From contig CAVUZH010000013.1 in NCBI GenBank assembly GCA_963745835.1, positions 256,001-320,000 on the forward strand: a stretch of DNA of 64,000 nt. Reading direction: 5' to 3'. The notes beneath the pieces were generated by a model that saw nothing but the letters and a program-made list of their open reading frames with translations, searched no databases and was not told where the DNA came from. A program made the translations under genes and the position numbers. Shown one piece after another: positions 20,618 through 29,477 of the stretch. Numbering within the stretch: position 1 is the stretch's first letter; each line of letters opens with the position of its first letter. The stretch is from an uncultured delta proteobacterium. Its GTDB lineage: Bacteria; Desulfobacterota; Binatia; UBA9968.

Positions 20618-21361
20618 TCAAATAAAGTGAAATCCGCCGTCGACATTCAATAGTTGTCCGGTCATGAAGTCGCTGTCTGGCGATGCCAGAAATAAGACGG
20701 TGCCGACCAGGTCGTCTTCGATCTGAGAGCGCTTGATGCTGCGTTGCTGAGCGCGGATTTTTTCGTATTCGGGATCAACCTTCCGTCCTTCGGTGACGAC
20801 GAATCCCGGACTGACGGTATTCACATTGATGTTGAAATCGCCAAGTTCCCGCGCCATCGCACGGGTCATGGCGATGATCGCGCCTTTGGAAGTGACGTAA
20901 TGGATGTAGTTGGGATTGCCGGTGAGAGCGACGTTGGAAGAGATATTGATGATCTTGCCCTTGTTTTGCTTCCGCATGTAAGGTACCGCGGCTTTGGCGC
21001 ACAACCATGAGCCGCGCACGTTGACTGCCATTGCCTTGTCGAATTCATCGACCGTCATCTCCCAGAACGGTCCTTTCCAGACTGTCATGAAGTAAGCGGC
21101 GTTATTGATGAGAACATCCACCGTACCGAATTGTTTGACGGTCTCGTCGACCATCGCCTTGACGCTCTTCTCATCGGTCACATCGCACGCCATGCTGATC
21201 GCGCTGCCGCCGATATCGGTTACGGCTTTCACCACATGATCGGCGCTGACGATGTCCGGCAATGCTACCTTGGCGCCTTCTTTAGCAAAGGCTACTGCAT
21301 AGGCTTTGCCGATCTTGCCGCCGCCGCCGGTAATGATCACGGATTTATCTTTGAATCGCAT
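20618..21361 (-). CDS. Short-chain dehydrogenase/reductase (SDR), paralog 1
   Basis: TGGGGKIG, NNAA, YVTSK catalytic motif. Confidence 0.93.
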   Translation of the reverse strand: MRFKDKSVIITGGGGKIGKAYAVAFAKEGAKVALPDIVSADHVVKAVTDIGGSAISMACDVTDEKSVKAMVDETVKQFGTVDVLINNAAYFMTVWKGPFWEMTVDEFDKAMAVNVRGSWLCAKAAVPYMRKQNKGKIINISSNVALTGNPNYIHYVTSKGAIIAMTRAMARELGDFNINVNTVSPGFVVTEGRKVDPEYEKIRAQQRSIKRSQIEDDLVGTVLFLASPDSDFMTGQLLNVDGGFHFI

Positions 21362-21429
21362 CTACAATCCCCAACAAATGATAAAAATAAAAACGGAAAG
21401 CTGAACAGATACCTCATTCAGCTTCCATT

Positions 21430-22176
21430 TTATCCGATAAAATTCGCGCCGCCATCGACGTTCAGCAATTGTCCCGTCATGAAGTCGCTTTCGGGCGAGG
21501 CCAAAAACAGAACGGTTCCTACTAAGTCGTTTTCAACCTGGACCCGCTTCAGAGAGCGATTTGCCACGCGGCTGGCACTAAACGCCGGCTCGACCTGGCG
21601 GCCTTCGGTCTCGACAAAACCCGGAGCCACCGTATTAACGCAGATATTGTAATCGCCAAGCTCCCGCGCCATGGCGCGGGTCATCGCGATAATTGCTCCT
21701 TTGGAAGTGACGTAGTGAATATAATTCGGACTGCCGTTCAAAGCGGTGCCGGAGGAAATATTGATAATTTTGCCTTTCCCTTGCTTCTTCATATGAGGAA
21801 ATGCCGCCTTGGCGCATAGCCAAGATCCCCGCACATTCACGGCCATCGCCTTGTCGAATTCATCGACCGCCATCTCCCAGAACGGCCCTTTCCATACTGT
21901 CATGAAATACGCGGCATTGTTCACCAGAATATCGACCCCGCCAAACTGCTTGGCGGTCTCGTCGACCATCAATTTGACGCTCTTTTCATCGGAAACATCG
22001 CATGCCGAGCTGATCGCCGTGCCACCCATGTCTTGAATCGCTTTGACCACATGATCCGCGCTGGCGATATCCGGCAACGAAACCTTGGCGCCCTCTTTGG
22101 CGAACGCCATCGCATAAGCTTTGCCAATCTTGCCACCGCCGCCGGTAACGATCACGGATTTATCTTTGAAACGCAT
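21430..22176 (-). CDS. SDR, paralog 2 (tandem duplicate)
   Basis: Same motifs and nearly the same sequence as paralog 1; ATG 22176 after GGAGG. Confidence 0.93.
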   Translation of the reverse strand: MRFKDKSVIVTGGGGKIGKAYAMAFAKEGAKVSLPDIASADHVVKAIQDMGGTAISSACDVSDEKSVKLMVDETAKQFGGVDILVNNAAYFMTVWKGPFWEMAVDEFDKAMAVNVRGSWLCAKAAFPHMKKQGKGKIINISSGTALNGSPNYIHYVTSKGAIIAMTRAMARELGDYNICVNTVAPGFVETEGRQVEPAFSASRVANRSLKRVQVENDLVGTVLFLASPESDFMTGQLLNVDGGANFIG

Positions 22177-22449
22177 GGTCGAGTCCTCCTGTGGGAAACT
22201 ATGAAAACAGAAAGCGGAAAACTGAAACAAATGCTTGCTCTAAGATTATGCAGAGGCAAAGCTGAACCAATGCTTCCTAATGCGACTTGTTTCCGTTTTC
22301 AGCTTTTATAATTCAGCTCTAACAAATGTTGCCCCTGCCTTAACACCGCCTCCGCGGCGTGTCAACGAACCTGCCATTTCATTGACTTGAGCCGGCGCCG
22401 CACTTATGATCGAAACCAGATAGAGCCGTGATCATGTCGGTGACCACGA

Positions 22450-22540
22450 TTTGAGAATTTTACGAATACGGAACACAAACACGATTTTGAGCGAAGCGTT
22501 GAGCACAACGAAGCATATGAGGCTTTTTCAGCATTCTGGA
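22450..22540. repeat. MITE-like intergenic element (AACACG-rich family)
   Basis: Shares gagaatt..aacacgatt..gagcga..ttgagcac..acgaagcatatgaggctttttc.gca with 56205-56300. Confidence 0.65.
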
Positions 22541-22550
22541 AGGGGATTAC

Positions 22551-23510
22551 ATGGCGAAACTGAAGCTCACGATGGCCTGCGATAGATACGACTATCTCCA
22601 GCCTTTGCGCGAGGGCCAGGTCGAAGTCGAGGGCATCGATCTCAACCTGATCACGGTTGAAAGCGGCATTCGCCATGAGCGAATGTTCCGATACGGCGAG
22701 TACGATGCCTGTGAGTTCTCAATGTCTTCCTATCTGGTCGCGCGCGGCCGAGACGTGGATTGGTTGCAAGCCATTCCGTTTTTTCCGCGCCGCATGTGGG
22801 GGCACAAATTCTGCTTCATTCGCTCCGGTTCCGGGATCAAGAAGCCCGCGGATCTAAAAGGCGGCCGCATCGGTTTGCGCAGCTATGAAAACACCCTCGC
22901 CCTGGTCACCAAAGGCATGCTGATGAACAGCTACGATCTGTCGGTCACCGATGTCACCTGGGTAATTGTCAACAAAGAACACGTTGGTTTTAAACTTCCG
23001 CCGAACATCAAAGTGGAATTCGTCGACGGCCAACGGAAACTGGAAGATTTATTGGTTGAGGGCAAGGTCGATGCGGAGGTTGAACCGGATTTACCGCAGC
23101 GCTGGATTCGCGACGAAGGAAGCATCGAACGGCTGTTTCCGGAATTCGAAAAAGAGGAGAAAGAGTACTATCAGCGGACCAAGGTTTTCCCGATCATGCA
23201 CCCGATTGTCATCAAGAAAGAAATCCTCGACAGCGATCCCTGGGTGGCCACCAGCCTCTACGAAGCATTTGTGGCGTCACGTCAAGCGTACAACGAGTTT
23301 ATGGAGCAACCGCACCGGCTCAGTTTTGCCTGGGCACGCTCGTATTTGGAAGAAGAACGGAAGTTTTTCGGTAAAGACCCTTTTTATCAGGGCTTCAGAG
23401 AAAACCATCACGACGTGCAGAATTTGATTAAGTTTGCCGGCCAGCAGGGCATGCTCGGCCGTCAATTGACTGTTGAAGAGTTGTTTGCTGAGAACACCCA
23501 CGGCACATGA
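22551..23510 (+). CDS. 4,5-dihydroxyphthalate decarboxylase (PhtD/OphC)-like protein, binding-protein fold, no signal peptide
   Basis: LKLTMACDRYD, YDACEFSMSSY, AIPFFPRR, FPIMHPIVIKK. Confidence 0.8.
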   Translation: MAKLKLTMACDRYDYLQPLREGQVEVEGIDLNLITVESGIRHERMFRYGEYDACEFSMSSYLVARGRDVDWLQAIPFFPRRMWGHKFCFIRSGSGIKKPADLKGGRIGLRSYENTLALVTKGMLMNSYDLSVTDVTWVIVNKEHVGFKLPPNIKVEFVDGQRKLEDLLVEGKVDAEVEPDLPQRWIRDEGSIERLFPEFEKEEKEYYQRTKVFPIMHPIVIKKEILDSDPWVATSLYEAFVASRQAYNEFMEQPHRLSFAWARSYLEEERKFFGKDPFYQGFRENHHDVQNLIKFAGQQGMLGRQLTVEELFAENTHGT

Positions 23511-23601
23511 TGGCATCGTCATAGTGATAAAAGAAGATTCCGGGCGCTCGCTTTTTCGGATTAAATTTTTGTGAATAGCACAGTTGAGAGAGGAGACTAA
23601 G

Positions 23602-24705
23602 ATGGCTGAGTATCGAATTATCGATGCGGACGGGCACGTCATGGAGCTTGACAGCGAGCTGCGCGAATTCATCGGCCCACCCTACAAAGATCTGGAATGG
23701 CATCAGAGCTATTCCTTTTGGCCAGGCCTCACCATGGACGGCTACTTGCGTTCGTTGCGTCAGAAAGGCGGCTGGGCCGGCGGCGGCGACGGCCCGAAGG
23801 CAAATCACTGGCTCGACTTTCTCGACAAGAACAAGATTGAGCTGACGGTTCTTTACCCGACTCAGGGGCTCACTCACGGAGCGATCCAGGATAGAGACTG
23901 GGCCATTTGCATGGCGAGAGCCTACAACGACTGGCTCTATCACAAATTCATGGCAGTGAGCCCACGCCTCGTCGGCGTTGCGCTTTTGCCGATACAAGAT
24001 ATCGCCGAAGCGGTTAAGGAATTGCGCCGTTGCGTTAACGACCTCGGCATGGTCGGCGCCGTGCTGCCTGCTGTCGCTCCTGCCGGCCGGCTTTACAGCG
24101 GTCCTGAATTTTACCCGCTATGGGAAGAAGCGCAGAGGCTGGACGTACCGGTTTCGACTCACGGCGGCCTAAGCATGCCGTCGCTGGGCCTCGATATGGT
24201 GAACAATTTCACCATCGGACACACACTGGAACATCCGTTCGCCCAGATTCGCCAGTTCACCGCCTTGATGTTCGAAGGAGTTTTCGAGCTGTTCCCAAAC
24301 TTCCGCTTCGGCTGCATTGAATGCGGCGTCGGCTGGGTGCCTTACATGATGGACCGAATGGACGAGGAACAGGAGCGTAAAGGTCACTATTCGCCGCGGT
24401 GCAAAATGAAACCCAGCGAGTACGTCAAGAAAGGAAATATCTTCTTCGCCGTCGAAGTCGAAGAGTCGGCGCTACCGCTGGCCGCGCAAGTCGCCAATGA
24501 CAATGCGCTCATCTGGGCTTCCGATTATCCGCACGAACGCGATCAGCGCGACTTCAGCCAGGACATTCCGAATTTAATTAACCGCAAAGATGTCAGCGAT
24601 GAGCTCAAGCGCAAAATCTTTTGGGACAATCCGTTGAGATTCTACCCGCGGTTGAAGGAACGCGTGGAGAACGCTCAGTTATCAAAGAAAGCTGCCAGCG
24701 CATAA
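23602..24705 (+). CDS. Amidohydrolase family 2 protein
   Basis: IIDADGHVME, VSTHGG, WASDYPHE; ATG 23602 after AGGAG. Confidence 0.88.
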   Translation: MAEYRIIDADGHVMELDSELREFIGPPYKDLEWHQSYSFWPGLTMDGYLRSLRQKGGWAGGGDGPKANHWLDFLDKNKIELTVLYPTQGLTHGAIQDRDWAICMARAYNDWLYHKFMAVSPRLVGVALLPIQDIAEAVKELRRCVNDLGMVGAVLPAVAPAGRLYSGPEFYPLWEEAQRLDVPVSTHGGLSMPSLGLDMVNNFTIGHTLEHPFAQIRQFTALMFEGVFELFPNFRFGCIECGVGWVPYMMDRMDEEQERKGHYSPRCKMKPSEYVKKGNIFFAVEVEESALPLAAQVANDNALIWASDYPHERDQRDFSQDIPNLINRKDVSDELKRKIFWDNPLRFYPRLKERVENAQLSKKAASA

Positions 24706-24790
24706 TTCACAGTCGGATAATGGCATTCCGATGATACATGATTACGTTTAGCCCAAAATGCGCTAGACCGGGCTCGATAAAGAACAGTTT

Positions 24791-25546
24791 ATGAACCAGG
24801 ACGAATTCATCGCCGAATTGTGGGGCTATGCCGCGGAGGTTCCCACCGAGCAGCACCCATGGTTCGACGGAATCATCAAGCACCGCTGGAGTAAGGAGCA
24901 AATTATCCTCGGCGAAGTGCAGCACTATCTGCGCGTCCGCACCAACCCGATCTTCTTTGGCTATATGGCGGTCAACGCCGTATCCGCCAAAGAGTATGCG
25001 GTGATGGACACGGTTCTGGAAAATTTCATGGAAGAGCTGGGCGGTAAACGCACGCACATGGATATCATGCTGCAATTCCTCGAGGAAGGCGGCATCTCAC
25101 GGCAGGAAGCGGACAACGCCGAGCCGGCGCCGGGAACCATGGCGGCGATCGAAATGATCATCGGCTGCTGCCAAAGACGTTCGGCGTTGGAAGGAGTGGC
25201 CATGCTCGCCTTCGTTGAAAGCCAACTCGGAGGCGCGGGCAAGGTCTCCGAAAAGGTCTATCGTGAATTGACCGAGCACTATGGCTTCTCGGCCCGCGCC
25301 GCGGAAACATATCGGCTGCACGCCGCGCAAGACGAGGGACACGGCAGCCGCCAGATCGATGCGATTCGCTTGCTAGCCAATAATAGTGAAACTCAAGACA
25401 AAGTACGCGCGGCAGTGAAGCTTGGCGTGACGGCTTTCACTCTGGAATGGGACGGCCATGTTCAGGCAATGACCGGCAAAAGAGAATTCTGGGGCGGGGT
25501 CGCCGATGTAAAGCTGCGGCAACCAAAGGTCAAGTTAGCAAAGTAG
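24791..25546 (+). CDS. Heme-oxygenase-like diiron (CADD/PqqC/TenA-fold) redox protein
   Basis: ENFMEE...H, VESQ and HAAQDEGH match the CADD-type E/H/E/H/D/H ligand pattern. Confidence 0.78.
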   Translation: MNQDEFIAELWGYAAEVPTEQHPWFDGIIKHRWSKEQIILGEVQHYLRVRTNPIFFGYMAVNAVSAKEYAVMDTVLENFMEELGGKRTHMDIMLQFLEEGGISRQEADNAEPAPGTMAAIEMIIGCCQRRSALEGVAMLAFVESQLGGAGKVSEKVYRELTEHYGFSARAAETYRLHAAQDEGHGSRQIDAIRLLANNSETQDKVRAAVKLGVTAFTLEWDGHVQAMTGKREFWGGVADVKLRQPKVKLAK

Positions 25547-25662
25547 TCTTGAACTTTTTCCTAATGCTTGTTGGTCGCCGAGTTATTCGTTTTTAGGAAC
25601 CTAGATATAGGCTTCGCGGGTATGACCTAACGACAGTCGAAACCGAAAACCCGACACCCGCA

Positions 25663-25884
25663 TCACACCGGCCAATCCTGTGGTAATTCCCGACGCAATT
25701 TCTGATACTCCGGGTTGTCGGTTTGCTCGCGCCGCAGGCGAGCCAAGGCCTCAATGATTTCCTTTTGAACTAACTTAAGCGAATTGGAGACCATGCCCGT
25801 GGTCTCTTCGAAGCCGAGGCCTCAATTGCTGTATCAGCCGCTCATGCGGGTCAGGATATAAAGATCCTTTTCTTTTCTCGTCAT
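25663..25884 (-). CDS. Putative small selenoprotein with two Sec (U-Y-S-N-U), 73 aa, unknown family
   Basis: Translated by hand: MTRKEKDLYILTRMSG-U-YSN-U-GLGFEETTGMVSNSLKLVQKEIIEALARLRREQTDNPEYQKLRRELPQDWPV*. TGAs at 25834-25836 and 25822-25824; ATG 11 nt after the upstream stop; SECIS-like hairpin downstream. Absent from the ORF track. Confidence 0.7.
25787..25806 (-). promoter_or_regulatory. Candidate SECIS hairpin for the double-UGA gene
   Basis: Perfect 7-bp stem GAGACCA/UGGUCUC with loop CGGGCA; the loop starts 23 nt after UGA2 and 35 nt after UGA1. Confidence 0.6.
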
Positions 25885-25895
25885 TGCATCACCCG

Positions 25896-26312
25896 TCAAT
25901 TCGGAACACCGGAGAACCCAACTTGCTGCACGGTGATCGACTCAGTTGTCGTCTGCGGCTGTCCTTGTTCATTAACCATTATCCGTAGTCGCACGAAAAA
26001 TCTCCACTGATTTTCCTGCCAGCTCACGAGCAGAATCAAGAATGCATTATCGACTATGGTATTCGGCGGTTCCTCACAAGCGACGGCGAGATCGAGAATG
26101 AAATGGTCTTGCGCTGCGACTTTTAACGGTGGCCCAAACTTGAGTTCCTCAGCCTTGAATTTTCCATGCGGCACCCGCACGGAAAGCAGGCTCATCGGTG
26201 TTTCGGTCATGTTTCGCACCCGCCATTTGAACAACCACCGCCCCGGGTCCTTACTCGTGCCGCACTCAGCCTGCTCAACTTCAATCTTCGGCCCCCCATT
26301 CTCCCCACTCAT
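25896..26312 (-). CDS. Hypothetical beta-rich protein directly upstream of the double-UGA gene
   Basis: 138-aa ORF from ATG 26312; alternating hydrophobic strands (WLFKWRVRN, FILDLAV, WRFFVRLRI). Confidence 0.7.
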   Translation of the reverse strand: MSGENGGPKIEVEQAECGTSKDPGRWLFKWRVRNMTETPMSLLSVRVPHGKFKAEELKFGPPLKVAAQDHFILDLAVACEEPPNTIVDNAFLILLVSWQENQWRFFVRLRIMVNEQGQPQTTTESITVQQVGFSGVPN

Positions 26313-26317
26313 TACGG

Positions 26318-26358
26318 TTGAACCAAGCGTTAGCTGGAACACTGGAACATTTGGAACG
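26318..26358. repeat. Short TTGAAC/TGGAAC repeat
   Basis: ttgaac...ctggaac actggaac atttggaac. Confidence 0.5.
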
Positions 26359-26364
26359 CCGTGA

Positions 26365-27384
26365 TCAAGGTTTTAATTTTCCTTCCGCTCTTAGCTCCTG
26401 CTGAGCTAGCTTGAGAATTCGATCGTTGACCACGCGGTCCAAAGTGAAATTCTTGTCCACCAAGCCGGCGCGAATGTCCTCATCGAGCATTTGCTGGAGG
26501 CCTGCTGTGGCAATGGACAGGTCCGAAGTAAGGCCGGGCGCATAGAGATCCCAGGCGGCGCTGACGATGTCCGACTCGCCCTGCAAGCCTGCCTCGTATC
26601 CCGACTTGATCGCTTCCTGCTTGTTGAACTTGGCGAGATTGATTCCTTGTATATAGGCCTTGAGCATACGCTTGCTGGTCTCGGGAAACTTCTCCAGCAT
26701 CTCATTGCGGGTTACCAGAATGTTTTGCGGAATACCTAAGGACTCGCTCATATTGCTGATGACAGAATAGCCTGCCTTGATGAGCCGAACGCCGTCTTCT
26801 GTGGAAAACGGCGCTGCAGCGATGATCCCCTTTTCGATTGCCGCCGCCCGCAAAACCGTGCCGCCAACCGCGCGCAGCACCACGTCTTTGTCGGGATTGA
26901 TGTTGTTCTTTTTGAGGAAGGCTTTCATGGCAAACTCGGAATACGTTCCTGCGCCGGTTACCCCAACGATCTTGCCTCTGAGATCTTCCACGCTGCGCGT
27001 CTGCTTGTTACCAAGCAAAATGTAATTCGTTGTGCTCGAAGTGCATCCAATGATAGCCAAATCCAAACCGCGCGCTTTACTGCGAAAAACTGCCTGAGCG
27101 CCGCCGATGGCCGCAAAATCCACTTCACCGGAAACCAGAGCGGCAATCGCCGCCGGACCGCCACGGATGAGAATCGGTTCGACTTGGAGCCCCTGCTGCT
27201 TGAAGAATCCGCGCGCTAGCGCTGTCCGAAACGGGATCTCGCTATTCCACGCCAGGCTGACGAAAACCATGCGGAGGTTCTTCTTTTCTTGCGCGAGAGC
27301 CGCCAAAGGCTGTGCCAGCATAAACAAGACAACCAATGTTAAGCAGAGCGGGCCGACATAGTGGGAGAGGGTTGGAAGCTTCAT
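26365..27384 (-). CDS. NitT/TauT/NMT1-type substrate-binding protein
   Basis: Signal peptide; GFFKQQGLQVE; LRGKIVGVTGAG. Confidence 0.88.
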   Translation of the reverse strand: MKLPTLSHYVGPLCLTLVVLFMLAQPLAALAQEKKNLRMVFVSLAWNSEIPFRTALARGFFKQQGLQVEPILIRGGPAAIAALVSGEVDFAAIGGAQAVFRSKARGLDLAIIGCTSSTTNYILLGNKQTRSVEDLRGKIVGVTGAGTYSEFAMKAFLKKNNINPDKDVVLRAVGGTVLRAAAIEKGIIAAAPFSTEDGVRLIKAGYSVISNMSESLGIPQNILVTRNEMLEKFPETSKRMLKAYIQGINLAKFNKQEAIKSGYEAGLQGESDIVSAAWDLYAPGLTSDLSIATAGLQQMLDEDIRAGLVDKNFTLDRVVNDRILKLAQQELRAEGKLKP

Positions 27385-27421
27385 TCAGGCGTCTTCCTTT
27401 CCTGAGCGCTGCTGGCACCAG

Positions 27422-27451
27422 GTGAACTATTGAACGGCTTGAATTTTGAAC
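27422..27451. repeat. Short TTGAAC repeat
   Basis: gtgaactattgaacggcttgaattttgaac. Confidence 0.5.
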
Positions 27452-27463
27452 ACCTAAGCACGT

Positions 27464-27931
27464 TTATCTTATCGCGTATACTGAAGTACGGCCTTGCTTG
27501 TCAAAACTGATTACGTCGTAGGCTGCGGATTGGCTCCTTCCATTCCCGGTGAGCCAACCGGCATGCCGGGCACCGCCAGACCCGCCACGGCCGGCCTTTC
27601 TTTGAGCAGGCGACGAATAAGATCTGCCGGCACATGGCCTTCAATCACATAGCTTTGAACCAGCGCGGTATGACACGAATAGAGTTTCTCCGGTACGTTG
27701 TATTTCATTTTAACGTCTCCGAGTTGCTTGCCCGTGACGTCCTTCTTTTCGATTCTAAAACCATTCGATTGCGGGTGCCCAACCACGCTGAACAGCATCC
27801 TCAGCCGGGATCCTGATGACCGTGATCGATGTTGTCGCGGATTTCGGTTGCGCATAGCTGGCCGCGCCGCTCATGAACAGGAAGAGGAAAATAGTGGCAT
27901 ACCGCCAGCAAAACGAGTTCCTTAAAGGCAT
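27464..27931 (-). CDS. DUF411 (CopG-like) exported metal-binding protein, putative selenoprotein (UGCC); three apparent 1-nt deletions
   Basis: ATG 27931 after AGGAG; signal peptide; QDPG-U-GCCSAW (TGA 27801-27803); SCHTA..YVIEGHVPA..GLAVPGMPVGSPGME; C-terminus YDVISFDKQGRTSVYAIR* after a frameshift near 27520. Confidence 0.75.
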
Positions 27932-28075
27932 TAATCTTCTCCTGACCTATAGAGGTGATGCCTCAAATTACCAGATAGCGTAGGTGCGGCAAGCGCAATA
28001 TGCGTGACGCGCGTTGACACTGAAGCTGGGACTGCGGTACCGATAAATTAGCGGATTTGCTGAAAGAGGTGGTTC

Positions 28076-29206
28076 ATGAAAAATGGTTTCAAGATTCTCG
28101 ACAGCGATATGCATTTGATGGAGCCAGTGGATCTATGGGAACGCTATATCGATGCGAAGTTCAAGGCTGATGCGCCGCGCGGCCTGACCAGCGATAACGT
28201 TCGCGATTTACGCATGGCGCACCCGGACGGCCGCTACTGGGGATTACCGGCAAGCCACAATCGTAACTCATCGCACCATCGAGGCCACAACTTCAGAAAA
28301 AACCAGACTATCTATAGATCGCATGCCGAGCGTGGCTGGACTGCGGACGTTCAGCTCGAGGCGATGGACATCGAAGGCATCGATGTCGCAGTGCTTTACC
28401 CGACGCGTGCGCTGCAGGTCCTGAGCGAACCTAGAATGGAACCGAAGTTCGCCGCCGCTTTGGCGCGGGCCTACAACGATTGGCTTTACGATTTCTGTAA
28501 AACCAACCCATCCCGGCTTCTCGGCGCCGGCATGATATCGCCTTTCGACATCGATGAAGCCGTCGCCGAAGCCAAACGCTGTGCGACCGAACTCGGTTTT
28601 CGCGCGGTTTTCATGCGCTCAAGCATCATGGAGGGACGAAACTGGTTTGACGAATACTTCGAGCCGCTGTGGGCGACGTTAGAAGAGTATGAACTGCCGG
28701 TCGGCTTTCACGAGTCGTCCTCGTCTGCGGCACGGCAGACTGGTGACTTTTTTGAACCGAATTTCATGCTCCGGCGAGCCGTCGCTCAACCGATGGAGCA
28801 GATGCTCGGCCTAGTGAGCCTATGCTCCGGCGGAGTCTTGGCGCGCCATCCCAAGCTGCGGGCCGCGTTTCTGGAAGCGAATTGCACGTGGCTGCCGTGG
28901 CTGTTGTGGCGTCTGGACGAAGGTTGGGAGCGCGAGGGCGATATCTGGGCGCAAGACTTGACCATGAAACCGAGCGAGTACTTCAAGAGACAATGCTTCG
29001 TATCGGTGGAGCCCGACGAGGATGGCGTCAAGTACGTAATCGATTACATCGGCACCGGGCGGCTGGTATTCTCCACGGACTACCCCCATGGAGATTCCAA
29101 ATTTCCAGATGCAGTCGAAACTTTCCTCGATCTGCCGATCACCGATAACGACAAACGTAAAATTCTTTGGGACAACTGCGCTGAGTTCTATCGTCTCGGT
29201 GCATAG
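28076..29206 (+). CDS. Amidohydrolase family 2 protein
   Basis: ILDSDMHLME, VGFHE, FSTDYPHGD. Confidence 0.88.
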   Translation: MKNGFKILDSDMHLMEPVDLWERYIDAKFKADAPRGLTSDNVRDLRMAHPDGRYWGLPASHNRNSSHHRGHNFRKNQTIYRSHAERGWTADVQLEAMDIEGIDVAVLYPTRALQVLSEPRMEPKFAAALARAYNDWLYDFCKTNPSRLLGAGMISPFDIDEAVAEAKRCATELGFRAVFMRSSIMEGRNWFDEYFEPLWATLEEYELPVGFHESSSSAARQTGDFFEPNFMLRRAVAQPMEQMLGLVSLCSGGVLARHPKLRAAFLEANCTWLPWLLWRLDEGWEREGDIWAQDLTMKPSEYFKRQCFVSVEPDEDGVKYVIDYIGTGRLVFSTDYPHGDSKFPDAVETFLDLPITDNDKRKILWDNCAEFYRLGA

Positions 29207-29477
29207 AAGTCTTGGAATTACAAATCCAAACCTCGGCTTCTTTATTCTCGCGCAGACGCTAGCTTATGCTGTAACACTGCCGGCTTGGGTCGCTGGGGCT
29301 TTTTGGCCGGTCAGATTTGGCGTTATCGAAATATTCGGTGATCAAGCAACCGTCCGGGAAGTAAGCAGCGGACTCGAGCCGCTCGCTTCGAAAAAAAACC
29401 TGAGAGGACGACGGGTCAGGTCAACACGGAGTAATTTATCGAAGGTTTAAGCGGCGGTCCCATCCTGGGGAGGATTA

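Noticed and set aside
9263-27451. GTTCAA/TTGAAC patches as CRISPR repeats
   Set aside because: The units are about 6 nt with no 25-45 nt repeat-spacer structure, and there are no cas genes.
18836-27931. UGA reassigned genome-wide to Trp or Gly (genetic code 4 or 25)
   Set aside because: Many intact genes end normally in TGA (e.g. at 18642, 23510, 30791, 38045) and TGG is used for Trp. Two of the internal UGAs sit at Cys positions.
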